Below the pieces are notes generated by a model. That model saw only the letters and a list, made by a program, of their open reading frames with translations. It was not told where the DNA came from and did no database searches. The position numbers and the translations under genes are program-made. This document shows positions 39,933-53,133 of a DNA stretch of 64,000 nucleotides, piece by piece. How positions within the stretch are numbered: position 1 is the first letter of the stretch; every line of letters starts with the position of its first letter. This DNA is from Pecten maximus (Eukaryota), in assembly GCF_902652985.1 (NCBI RefSeq), contig NC_047027.1:33914001-33978000 (forward strand), written 5' to 3'.

Positions 39933-40147
39933 GTTTATTTTTGTTTAACGTCCTTTTAACAGCCAGAGTCATTTAAGGACGTGCGAGGTTTTGGAGATGG
40001 AGGAAAGCCGGGGTACCAGGAGAAAAAATACCGGCCTACGGTCAGTACCTGGCAACTATCCCACGTAGGTTTCTAACTCGCAACCCAGAAGTGGAGGGCT
40101 AGTGATAAAGTGTCGGGACACCTTAACCATTTGGCCACTGAGGCCCC
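39933..40147 (-). mobile_element. Same SINE family
   Basis: Aligns along its length to 3259-3481. Confidence 0.85.
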
Positions 40148-41257
40148 TTGGATTTGACTACCATGAAGTCTGCCTAAATTTCTCAATGAACAGACATATT
40201 TCTATCAGATTGTAAACCCTGGAAAACAGAATCGCCTTCTACATGTAAATACCCTAGATTGGGGAATTAATTTTACACTATCAAGAAAAGGAAAGTTCAA
40301 ACAAATCAAAGGACATCATCTGTTTTTGAGATATTTTGTGATAAAGTATGAGCTAGATATTTGTAAAAGCAGCGTATTTTTCATTTGATCAATTAAACTA
40401 AATCATCACATTTAAAGTCAATGTAGCTTATACATTTTTCATCGTAGCTAATACTTAAAGTCATCTTTGTGGACTTTAACATCCATCTCAAACTGCGGAT
40501 ATTAGTGTAGAACGATTACAGAAAAGTAACATGATGTATTTTTCACAAGTTATATAGTCATTTATCAGTATTTACAATTTCTCTTTTGAATATTGGGAAA
40601 AAATCCTTGTTAGCGGTGATGTTAGTAGTGTGGGAATAAATAGGAAATTAATGAAAGAGAAATTATATATGATTAAAATAATAATAAAAATAGAAATAAG
40701 CACTTAATGCTTTAAACTGAAACGCACGGAAACAATCTAACACAGTTTCTGGTTTCATGTTTGACTTATGCATCGCGCACTGATCTTGTGACTGACTATT
40801 AGCGATACTGAAATAAAACAAATAAAAGATATGTCCAGCAAAAAATAAAACAAGACCTCCACGATGTCTTAGCATCGTTAGACGGGACAATGAGATTTGT
40901 TTTGCATTAAATGAGTCAAATAACTTAAGATAATAGAAAACAAAAAGATATATCAAACTTATACAATATAAAGTTCGAACCTGATAGCTCGAAAGATTCC
41001 CTTAACTCGAGAGTATTTTGAGAACCAAACTGTTTTTGAGATAAAGAGGTTCAACTGTATTCAGAATTGATAAAGTGTTTTATGCATTCCAAGGTACGTT
41101 GTATTGATGATATGATGAAACTAGGTTCATAAAATACAAGGATTGTACAGAACACAAAAACGGGATATTAAAACCTTCTGAAAAATGAGTTCGATGGAAT
41201 GAAAAATAAATAATAATAATAAAAAAAAACCACAAAAAACCCCCCAAAACGCAACAG

Positions 41258-41478
41258 CATTAAACACCTGGTTGGTCCGTCTAGGACTCGCTAGTGATGT
41301 TTTGGACATTAAACAGCTGTTTCGTCCATCTAAGCCTCGCCAGTGATGTTTTTTGACATCACAGAGCTATTTAGTCATTTTAAGTCTCGCGAGTGATATT
41401 TTGGACATTAAGCACCTGTGCCGTCCGTCTAAGTCTCGCCATGGAAGTTTTGGACATCACACAGCCTGTTTCGTCCTT
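41258..41478. repeat. Degenerate ~48-bp tandem repeat (4-5 units)
   Basis: GTCCGTCTAAGTCTCGCNAGTGATGTTTTGGACAT units. Confidence 0.7.
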
Positions 41479-42157
41479 ACATGGACACGTTTTAATCACC
41501 AACAGTTAGATTAATAATTACTTTGTTGGCCTTGGCAACAGTTCTTCTATTTCTTTTATTAACATGTCATTGTATAGAAACATCCTTGAAAATAAATTAA
41601 TCTTTCCCATTTAACGACATGCCGCAAATCGGTGCAGTTGTCAAGTGTAAACACGGACCTGCTGTGCTTTGTTACCATCAATACTTTTTTGTAAGTTTTT
41701 CACTGCTTTTTATTGTATTAACCAGCGGTAAAATTTCCAAAACACAGCTGAAGTCTCGAGTCCAGAAATAGAAGCAACTAAGAGGACTGCAAAATATCAA
41801 CAGAGGTGTTAGATCTGATGACATTTCATTTAAAACCTGCCTACAATCTCTGAGGACGGTCATCTTCAGGATGGAGGAAAGTCATTTTTTAATGTAAGCC
41901 ATTCTATGCCGGTAAGGGAAATAACACGTCCCAAAATACGAAGTCATAATAAAAGAAGATATCAGTACAAGCGTCATTGCGTATTAATGTCGGCAAAACT
42001 CTTATCACAGATAAGAAAACTGATGACGAAATGCTGCTAATACATTCGTTATCTCCCTTCCCCAACATTTTAACGGTGGGGTGAAATTGTGTATCCCGAG
42101 CAGAGCCCGCGTTTTAATTGTTTTCGTTTTTCTCCTCAATGACTGAATTGATTAAAG

Positions 42158-42862
42158 TCACCGTTTCACATCCTCCTCTACTTCTGTACTATTGTTGTCC
42201 AAAACTTTAGTGTCAATATCCATTATGGCAGCATATATATGCTTCATGCCCCTTGAATCGTTCACCGACAGTGAACGTTTGTCAATAAAACCATGTGTGT
42301 TGAAAACTGGCACTGCCTTGACAGAGGTAGAACTTGTGGCATGGACTATATCCTCGAGCTCAGAATTCGATGGTTTCATGAGCTCCTGTTAAACTTGGCT
42401 GACTTTTCCCCGTGTTCAGTGATGGCCTAGATCACACATTAACAATGTTTCCCCTTTCTTGACCATTTGACAACGGCGATGACGACATTTGACACTCGAT
42501 CTTCCACAGAGAATCGAAAACTCATCCGTATCCCAATCATAACCACAACCAATGTCTGTGTTGACTGGGACCAGGAGTAACGACACATTGACAGAGTTCA
42601 TCATTTGACTTTGACTGGCTGAATTATCGTCATGTGTCAACTTACCACAGGTAGGACTAGTAGAGTATTTAGCACTGTCTCTATTACCTAGTAAAACTGC
42701 CATTTTTTGACCATTAGGGAGTCGAATGTATCCAGTGGGATCTGGTTCATATGCAAAATGATGATCTTCCTCATCATGAATTTCACATTTGCCATTATTA
42801 AACAGAATGAACTCGCCCAAGTCTGTGACGATGATTTTAGCAGACCCTTGAGTATGCATCAT
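42158..42862 (-). pseudogene. Unidentified ~235-codon reading frame with two in-frame stops
   Basis: ORFs 42416-42862 and 42158-42379 are in one frame, joined by *TRGKVSQV*QEL; a degenerate homologue (DIDEFILFN vs DLGEFILFN) lies at about 24245-24310. Confidence 0.5.
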
Positions 42863-43065
42863 TGTATATTGTCAAAGGACTCCAGTGGGCGGGCGCGGAA
42901 ACTCCTCCTGACTGATACTCAAATCTAACGCAAATCACCAATGAAGTCTTAAGAGACTAATAAATAATTACGAATTAGAGAAAATATCATACTTTAAATC
43001 TCCTAATCTGTAAAATCTGTAAAAGACCACGAAAGTCAACTTATAAAAAATCATACATAAAAGAA

Positions 43066-43068
<3 letters not shown>

Positions 43069-43110
<42 letters not shown>
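43069..43110. repeat. (AG)n microsatellite
   Basis: Direct reading. Confidence 0.9.
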
Positions 43111-43111
<1 letters not shown>

Positions 43112-43649
43112 AAAATACCTTAAGCAGATAACTTGACTAGTGTTTCGCGCACACCTTCAAGCGACGATTTTTTGCCAAAAATCCTCTCTTAGAAAACCTT
43201 CATAAATCACAGAGAAAATTGTATAATAATTTTTTCATATATCGAAAGACACAAATATATTACCTAAATACTGAAAGAGCTACAATTGCGACATGGAACG
43301 AGTTCATGTCCAAACCCTTTTGGCGGAACTTGTCCTAATTCAGTGCGTTTTGTTAATAATAACAATAATGAAATAACGACCACCTCTAAAATATACTGAC
43401 ATATGGTTTTCATCTACGCTGTTGTAGGAAGACATTCGTATGCATATCATAGACCGATTACCACTGTACATCCTAACTGTCATATTATATATGTGTATAT
43501 ATAGGTAATGCTGAACCATTCAATATTCAGATGTGTGTGAGCAGCGCGGAGGCGAGGAAAATTACTGCTAAAGAAATGAGATCTTTATTTGACACAATGT
43601 TTTGAAAAGGAGTTCATTCGGGGAAAATCATCATTTTGAACATGCATGT

Positions 43650-44055
43650 AGGGATAGTTTTACCTATCATAATCTTCGGCTGTTCTTGTACAGGTAAGTT
43701 GAATATTAATAATTATTATTCTGGAATGACAATTTTACGTGTCATATTTTCCGGGTGTTCTTGTACAGGTAAATGAAATCTTAATCATTGTTATTCAGGA
43801 ATGACAATTTTGCGTGTCATATTTTCCGGGTGTTCTTGTACAGGTAAATGAAATCTTAATCATTGTTATTCTGAAATGACAATTTTGCGTGTCATATTTT
43901 CCGGGTGTTCTTGTACAGGTAAATGAAATCTTAATCATTGTTATTCTGGAATGACCATTTTACCTGTTATAATTCTGGACTGTTCTTGTACAGGTAAGTA
44001 AAATCTTAATAAATAAACCTGTCATAATTTTCGGCTGTTCTTGAAGAGGTAAATG
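43650..44055 (+). repeat. 75-bp tandem array of ATG-bearing signal-peptide exon cassettes + donors (5 intact, 1 degenerate, copy 2)
   Basis: Donors after 43693, 43768, 43843, 43918, 43993; units 2-5 begin with in-frame ATG at 43726, 43801, 43876, 43951. Confidence 0.88.
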
Positions 44056-45206
44056 AAACCGTAGTTATTGTTATTCCACCTGTTTTTACGCTTAGTCAAT
44101 GTATATCTGTATATCCCTGTGACACGTGTCATTGTTCCTTTTCAGTGTTATTTAACAGAAATATGTTCCTTTATTTACGTTTTCCATGTTTACCGATATC
44201 TGTTTTGTCGGTAATTCCAATTATCTTTATAGATTTAACAGTCAACGACCAATTTCAAAATATCCCGTATGATTTTGTTTATGTCGTTTTCATTAAAATT
44301 TTGACTTCTTAATGAATTCTTTATATATTTATATAAATCTTATCTATCCGTAGGAACTGGTCTAATTTTTCTTTTTTTTTATATCGAGAATTATTCATTC
44401 TATAAAAGTGATATTTTTCACTAGTGTTTAGTTTTTATGATTTCACCAATCAGAACATTGCTTACGAACGGCAACGGAGAAAGTTAAAATTTGCATATAT
44501 CTCTCCGTCAGGCTACATGACGTCACAATGAAAGATAGAATACATAACGTCACGATTTCGCGTATATTCGTGAGCCGTTGACAGAGGACCGCATTGAATT
44601 CAGAGAGAGAGAGAGAGATTGAGCTGCCTCGGTATATTGTGCTATATATGAATAGAATATTAACAGTATCTTCAGTAATACCAAATATATTTCAGCAGTG
44701 TGGCTAATATTTTGATAATTTTCACTCGTGCTATGCAATTGTGAAAAACATAATTTTAGCCATACTCGTGAAATATATTTGGTGTAACTGAAAACACTGT
44801 TAGATATCCTCTATATCTTAGTAACTCGTAAGAACGCATTATTGTACCAGAATGTGTTATAAACTGTTTTGTCTTTTTCTACAGGTCTCCGGGAAGTTTA
44901 ATACAGGGCAGATGAAAGATACAGCGGCGTTTTACCCGTGTCTGATATACTCTGGACCAAACCTGGGAACCTACTTCGCTGTGGAATCGAATGTTTCAAT
45001 GTTGCCAAGTGTGAATCTATCTTCTATGGCAATGGCCAATGTCACGGGTACATCCGCAAACTCCACGACTTGGTGACCACATCAACTGTTGTCGGAATGA
45101 AATATTATGAAATGGCAGGTATGAAACTGTGATAGTATACAAATACATATATAAACCGGTACTTTACAATTGTTACAGTTCACGGGCTTACATTTCGTGG
45201 GAATCA

Positions 45207-45585
45207 AATTTCGCGTTACACCGTCTGATAAACATTCATTGGGTAATAATTTCGCGTTACACCGTCTGATACATATTCATTGGGTAATAATGTCGCGTTA
45301 CACCGTCTGATACATATTCATTTGGTAATTATTTCGTGTTACACCGTCTGATACATATTCATTGGGTAATAATTTCGCGTTACACCGTCTGATACATATT
45401 CATTGAGTAATAATTTCGCGTTACACCGTCTGATACATATTCATTGGGTAATAATTTCGCGTTACACCGTCTGATACATATTCATTGAGTAATAATTTCG
45501 CGTTACACCGTCTGATACATATTTATTGGGTAATAATTTCGCGTTACACCGTCTGATACATATTAATTGAGTAATAATTTAGCGC
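45207..45585. repeat. 41-bp minisatellite (about 9 units)
   Basis: AATTTCGCGTTACACCGTCTGATACATATTCATTG(G/A)GTAAT tandem. Confidence 0.92.
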
Positions 45586-46509
45586 TGTATCCCTGCGAAA
45601 TTAAAAAAAGAACATTTAAAACTAAATTAATCTGCTTACAAAAACATCAGAAACCGAAATTCTCACTCAAAATCTATAAAATTAATTTATACATAAACAC
45701 AACATATCGATTTGCAGGAATAGCATTGGAAATAATCAAGTATAGTATAGAATAGTTGCATGCAGATTGGTAAACAAAATAGTACATGAAAATAAAATAA
45801 ATATATATATATATAAAATGTGGAATAAACCAAGGATTTTTTTTATCATCATTTATTATCAATGGAATCATGTCATATATATATATATCCTTTGTTTTAT
45901 TGAACATCGTGATGATATTTAAAAAACGTAGATTTTGTTTGAGCTATTATCCGGAACAAAGTTTCGCATGGACGGATACGCTATTCACTGCCAAGCCGCC
46001 ATCTGCATACGACTGCGTCGATTTTAGAATACTAAAAGTGTAGATTGAATAAGCAAAGCAATATGGCGTGAATAATTAATCTACTGCACTGAGGCACGAC
46101 GTCAGTTTCATGGTTTTACAACAGTTCAATATTTAGACAATATGCCAGAACCATGATCCGTTTGATAACGAATACATTATAAGCCTTTACATTGCTACGT
46201 GAAAGTACACGTCACTATCGTAGTCTTTGTATTTCGCTTGAGTTATCCGTTTTCGTTGTCACTATGCCATACAATATTTATATTGTCATATTTTGTGGCA
46301 GTTATTGGCTGATAACGCCAACTGGACAAAGGCAAATTTAACGATTCGCACTAGCGCTTCATTTTAAAGGTGCGTTTTCAAGCAATGTAAATCCCATAGG
46401 TGTCGACCAGAATAATGTTTACAGATAGAAACTACTCACCGTTACATTGCTTTGTTCCGTAACCGTGACTCTACATTTAACTCAATTTAATCGATAATGC
46501 CATTGCCTT

Positions 46510-47607
46510 ACTAACTAATAACGTAACTTAAATACTAAACTAATAACGTAACTTAACTACTAAAATAATAACGTAACTTAACTACTAAAATAATAAAACG
46601 TAACTTAACTACTAAACTAATAACGTAACTTAACTACTAAAATAATAACGTAACTTAACTACTAAAATAATAAAACGTAACTTAACTACTAAACTAATAA
46701 CGTAACTTAACTACTAAAATAATAAAACGTAACTTAACTACTAAACTAATAACGTAACTTAACTACTAAAATAATAACGTAACTTAACTACTAAACTAAT
46801 AACGGAACTTAACTACTAAACTAATAACGTAACTTAACTACTAAACTAATAACGTAACTTAACTACTAAAATAATAACGTAACTTAACTACTAAACTAAT
46901 AACGTAACTTAACTACTAAACTAATAACGTAACTTAACTACTAAAATAATAACGTAACTTAACTACTAAAATAATAAAACGTAACTTAACTACTAAACTA
47001 ATAACGTAACTTAACTACTAAATAATAACGTAACTTAACTACTAAACTAATAACGTAACTTAACTACTAAACTAATAACGTAACTTAACTACTAAAATAA
47101 TAACGTAACTTAACTACTAAAATAATAAAACGTAACTTAACTACTAAACTAATAACGTAACTTAACTACTAAAATAATAACGTAACTTAACTACTAAACT
47201 AATAACGTAACTTAACTACTAAAATAATAACGTAACTTAACTACTAAATTAATAACGTAACTTAACTACTAAAATAATAACGTAACTTAACTACTAAACT
47301 AATAACGTAACTTAACTACTAAACTAATAACGTAACTTAACTACTAAAATAATAACGTAACTTAACTACTAAACTAATAACGTAACTTAACTACTAAACT
47401 AATAACGTAACTTAACTACTAAAATAATAACGTAACTTAACTGCTAAACTAAGAACGTAACTTAACTACTAAACTAATAACGTAACTTAACTACTAAACT
47501 AATAACGTAACTTAACTACTAAACTAATAACGTAACTTAACTACTAAACTAATAACGTAACTTAACTACTAAACTAATAACGTAACTTAACTACTAAACT
47601 AAGAACG
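46510..47607. repeat. 25-bp minisatellite (about 43 units)
   Basis: (C/A)TAATAACGTAACTTAACTACTAAA tandem. Confidence 0.95.
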
Positions 47608-48276
47608 CAGACTGTCACAAAACAAATAAAAAGTAATCATATATTTTAACGAAGTAGGAAACTAAATACAAAAATGCTAAAACATTAAATTTTGTGAACA
47701 CATGACATTTTAAATGTTTCCCACATTCAGCCAATTCAAAATTATCAAGTGAATAGAGATCTTAGATCAAAGCTTTACCATTTGTTCAAAGTGTTGCTTG
47801 TTTGGCTTTGATGTGTGTCATCCCAAAGATATGACATCAATTCGGATCTATCCAAGCGTAAGTTCAGGGCCTCTTGTGTGTTATTCAATGAGGTAGTCAC
47901 CAACCACTACAAGGAGATCAAGCCTCAAAATGATCCTGACTGAACCATATACACGTGGTGATAAATCAAGCAAACAAACCTAAGTCTCAAAATAATCCTA
48001 CATGACTAAACCGTATATGTGGTGATACAACCAGCAAACACACCAAACTAAGTTCAGCTTAGGAACAAATGCAGTATTCTAATCCATGAACAGTGACATA
48101 CCATCAAAGTTTTAAAAATGTCATGCATCATTTGAGGTCAAAATCATCCAGAGCAATAAGGGTAAAGTGGTCTTGCCCAAAGACACAACCACGCCAGCAC
48201 ATACCGGCCTGATTGTCAGCTTCTCTTTTTTATGTAGGATAATTGTTCAAACTTTTCTATACTTCTTATATATATA

Positions 48277-48470
48277 CAGTGGGCCCGCGATAATCCGGAC
48301 GCCGATAGTCCGGAAAACTCACAGTCCGGACGGAAATGCACGGGAACGGATTTCCGTAACGTTATTTGTACTCACCAGTCCGGAAATTCGGATTCCGATT
48401 CCGGAAGCCCATTTTGGGAACGGAACGTACTTTTCATTAGTAAATTTCCCTCAATAATCCGGACGATTTT
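48277..48470 (+). mobile_element. Tc1/mariner(pogo)-like terminal sequence
   Basis: TA|CAGTGGGCCCGCGATAATCCGGAC with repeated TCCGGA subterminal motifs; partner end not located. Confidence 0.45.
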
Positions 48471-48785
48471 TTCACCACGAGGAGAAAAAAATGTCGGGGC
48501 AAGTCACCCGTGTCGACAGCTGTACAGACTATCGCTTGACACTGTGCGTAGTCATAGCGACCGCTGCCAGGTCATAGCCCCGGATGTTTACCTGTGTTAC
48601 AATGTGTAGCTTTTGTTTTTATAACGGTACATTGCTTTTTCTCTACGACCTAAATGTTACAGAATTTATGCACAAACATACTGTACGTGATACGATAATT
48701 AATCAATCTCAAATACATGTAATAAATTTATGATCATTAACATTTGTATTGGGTAAACACGGATATCGGCTTTGTAACACCGTTA

Positions 48786-48867
48786 CGTGAAACTGCTCCA
48801 TATACGTTTCGAACTCGCAACCCAGAGTTGGAGGGCTAGTGTTAAGGTGTCGGCCACCGCGGTCCCC
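48786..48867 (-). mobile_element. Same SINE family, head fragment
   Basis: TTTCGAACTCGCAACCCAGAGTTGGAGGGCTAGTG..GGCCACCGCGGTCCCC. Confidence 0.75.
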
Positions 48868-48949
48868 GTTAGGAAGCACATTAACACCAAGAAAGCTGCT
48901 AGAGTCCTATATGATAAGGAGTTTTTCTTTAGTCTGCGTTTGTCCTCTG

Positions 48950-49915
48950 TGGATCATCTATATTTTACAGTCTTGACAGGTTGGAAAAAAACACAGAACC
49001 ACGAGAATAGTCTGCTGTTGTTCTGTGTAAAAATGTAGACGGACATATCATTGAAACAGTGTTCAACTCTTTTTGACATGTCAGTTTCCAATATATCGTA
49101 AACCTTTCATTGCATAATAAAACAATACACTTATCTTTATTCCAAATAGCTCTGATCAAAAGCTCCATAAAATCTCCTACTGTGGCTAGAAGAACCGTAA
49201 TTATTTGAAGTACATGAGCATAGCTCAACCTAATGGTTATCTTTTGGACACTATTTCATTAATGTCATCGAGGCACTTATTCCAATTGTAACAGCCTGTC
49301 TGTATGGAACCTGAGGACCCATATTTGTTAGAACACCAGAGCGAGACGCAAAGGATAGAGCGCTGGAGGACAAAATGAAAGCCCCTTAGTGTTCACAACG
49401 CCTTAGCTCAGCTCGTGAAAGATGAGCCAGATCTTACCGGAAAGGCCAAGTCATTATTTGTCAAACTAGATGCAACTGCGGATAATTATGACTTTTCAAA
49501 GTTAGACATGGAATACCGTCGGACAATCTTCTGTGGTACCAACCAAATATCACTGGCAGCTGGCTACATTAGTGAGTATCTCAGTGATGATGATGACTAT
49601 AAGATCTGGATCTATCGGCACACACAGGAAATTAAGCGATGTCAGATTCACTCGAGGCATAAGAAGAGTATGAAGTACAAAATTTGTATCCAGTATGACA
49701 ACTTCGACATCATTAATTCCATAAAAAAGATTATTATTGCTAGTGTCCTACTGGACAGAGAACCAAGGGGTTCTGTCCCCACGTAGCCAGAATCAGATCA
49801 GTATACCAGTATGTACCAGTAAGCCTTTGAATCCAAAAGTCAAAAAGGTTTAAGACAAACCTCAAGTAATGTAGATTTCTCTACCAAGTTCCATCTTCCT
49901 GGTATTAGGTATGCT
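48950..49915 (+). pseudogene. Decayed ISL2EU/IS4EU-type transposase remnant
   Basis: LLLFCVKM*TDISLKQCSTLFD (HTH-like) near 49010; RCQIHSRH..KYKICIQYD followed, after a frameshift, by SWIM-like YYC*CPTGQRTKGFCPHVA at about 49730-49790. Confidence 0.55.
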
Positions 49916-49945
49916 CGACTAGGACAATTTAACTACGGTGTAAAC

Positions 49946-50166
49946 TGTTTGGTTTGTTTTTGTTTTACGTCCTATTAACAGCCAGGGTCATTTAAGGACG
50001 TGCCAGGTTTTGGAGGTGGAGGAAAGCCGGAGTACCCGGAGAACAACCACCGGCCTACGGTCAGTACCTGGCAACTGCCCCACGTAGGTTTCGAACTCGC
50101 AACCCAGTGGTGGAGGGCTAGTGTTAAAGTGTTGGTACACCTTAACCACTCGGCCACCGCGGCCTC
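49946..50166 (-). mobile_element. Same SINE family
   Basis: Near-consensus copy with A/B boxes, core and tail. Confidence 0.88.
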
Positions 50167-53133
50167 AATTCTCAGGGAACATGGTGGCCATTTTGACAGT
50201 GGAAATTTTACATTAGATGGTTGTTATTGTAGGTGTCAGTCCCTGCATACGAATAACACCAAGTATCAACATTTTATTTCAGTTCACTTAACAATATTTC
50301 AATGCTAAAGAAAATTTCAATGTTCTCGTTATTCTTTTCAAAATCAGATATCAATACACTATTGTTTATTAGATAAACGAATAATTGTTATCAGGTACAA
50401 TTCATTTCTTTGTTTCTTTGTTATTATTTATTGTTTATTTTCGACCATGTTATCAAGCACTTATTTGGCATACAGCCGATGATACTCGGGTATTTTGTCT
50501 CCGTTTACTAACGAACACGGATAAGTCGAACCATCGGATAAGTCGAATATTTTGCTTGGTCCCGTGGACTTTGACTTATCCGACTTTCAATGTATTGTCA
50601 ATCAATTTTAATTACATTTCACAAAACTCCTAATTATTCTTTTTGTGTAATGTATTTTATACTGTTTGAAGATGGCTTTTAAACACATAATTACGAATCG
50701 ACTGCAAGAGGAAGTTGTATTTTTTGACCTTCAAACATTTTCGCTTTATGAAAAAAAGAGCACGTTCTTACTCAAAATCCATCACATTTTTATTCTCGTA
50801 TTTCATTTTTTCCCCCCAAAATTGCAATATCTTGCTTTGCATATGCGATATCTGACAAGTTAATAACAACCTGTCGTAGTTAGTTATCTTTACAAAAATG
50901 AAAATTTGATAATTAGCATTTACACCAAAAACATGCTTTTTTAACTTAAAAATTAGAAAAGGCGCTGTATTCTTGCTTATGTACATGTTTGGACATAAAT
51001 CATTTGAATACCAAAATCGAAAACTACCTAGAAAGCAGTTGCAATTATTGTTTATTGTGAAATTGACGTTTTGTATCTTAAAGACAAAATCATTTCGCCT
51101 AAAGGGTGACAAAACAAAATCTAGATTTTTTGTTTTTGTTTGTTGTATTTGTATGCTTGTTTTTTTCCCAATATAACAGATGAGACAAAAAAATAATCAC
51201 GTTCTCATTTTCAAAGGCACAATCATTTGATTTTTGCAGGACCAGTTGGTAATTTAGCAGCAGGGAAACCTACCACTCAGTCTTCAAACCTTGGCAACCT
51301 TGACTTCGGGTCTAGATTCGCCGTTGATTCTCGTCGTTATTCTCTCCAGAATGCTCCAGAGTTTCTTCGCTCCTGTTCACATACCGAGGAGGTTGGACGA
51401 GGAGATGATACACCCTTCTGGGAAGTTGATTTGATATCTCGTCATCAAATTAACGCTGTTGCTTTTCTGAGTCGACAGGAATGTTGTGGTGAGTATAATT
51501 CATGATTACACCGTTTTGCATTTGTGTTTAAACAACAGGCGATATCGACATTTAAATCAGACCGTATCTCTAACTCAATGTTACATAGTGTACTTATTGC
51601 AATATGTCACACATGTTTGTGTCGTCTTGCATGTACCCGTGTCACCACAGGTATATCGTGTGCTGCGAGAGAGCGAGTTGCACGTGATTTCAACAGCACA
51701 CGTCACTAGCGTGTCGGTCTCGTTTATCCCCGTCACTTATCGCCTAGCTGTCAAACAGGAATGATCTAAACGTTCTAAACTCCCTCTTTGGTCTCTGGTA
51801 TATAGCCGCCTCTATGTAATGTACACATTCTTATAATGTTTGTCCATGTATAGGGAACGTTTAGGTAGTAAGCTTCAGATTTATATTCATATATATGTTC
51901 CGCTATTTATGGCAAGCCAAACTATATCCCATGTATATATTATCAGTGATAGTTTCGTATGATTTATTGCAGGTTTCTTAAAATGCAAATATTTTTTTGA
52001 AACCATATTTACTCTTCGAGTGATGATTGTCAAGGGCTGGCTAAGGGTTACATCAAAATCGACATCATTAGGATGAAACACGAACGAAAATTTACATGGT
52101 CACACTTGAAAAAGTAAAATTTGAAAAAGACCAGGCAGTCCGGTAGAGTAAGCGTTTTTTGTTGTTTCATCTATGACGTCAGCCATATAAATCTGGTAAA
52201 AGCCGGGTAACATCCTCTAAATAAGAGCTTAAATGGTGGAAACGGAAGTAACAGGCATTTAGGGATTCACAATAGACGTATGTACATTTTATATCATTGT
52301 TATACATTGTTGTACATTCGTGTTTCATTGATATATATGTATTATACAGATACACGCATTTGACTTGTTATAATTCTGCTATTTTAAGGTCTCAATTTAT
52401 ACATGTATCGATATATTGTCCATATATCACAGGTAAAATACAGTACCTTAGCCATATTCTTTATGGCTTGGCTCAGTATGTGGATAATGGTATTAAACAA
52501 AATTATGTTTGTTTGAAAGATATATATTAAATATGATTTACATAATATAAAACTGAATAGTTTATTGTTCAAATACATCCGCTGTTTCTGGGGTTGATAA
52601 AGATAAACGCAACAAATCGAGATAAAATGTTCAACATTTGTTTATTTGATTGGATCTTGATCATAGTCATACATGACCTAATTGAATGAGCACTTCATTT
52701 CATACACGAACACTTTAGCCCCTCAAAAGTATGTACATGACTGAAGTGCAAGACAATACAGTACTAGTAATCATTTCATTAAGTAAAAAATGATCTCAAT
52801 AATGCGTTCCCACTATTCAAGCTTACTGACAATGAAATCACGGATCTAGCGATCTGAAACTTCACCATCTTAATGAGGAATGGATATCAGCTCCGCTTTT
52901 GGACACGATGCTGTTATCCTTATATACATAATCAATTTTTATCCTATATATGAAGGTTGACTGAAATATATATGCAGAAAGGAAATTGATTGAAACAAAT
53001 CCCAGATATAGAAATGACACCAAAACTTGTCAATGATACCAGGATTCGTTATGATTGCAAAACATTGAACATTGTGAATATACTTTGATATATGTATTGA
53101 AGTTGATGCTTAGCGTGTCCATGGCTTTATACT

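Noticed and set aside
37607-41060. Single mariner-type element bounded by TACAGT..ACTGTA
   Set aside because: The ends are not mutual inverted repeats; more likely separate MITE fragments (similar ones near 27480 and 50500).
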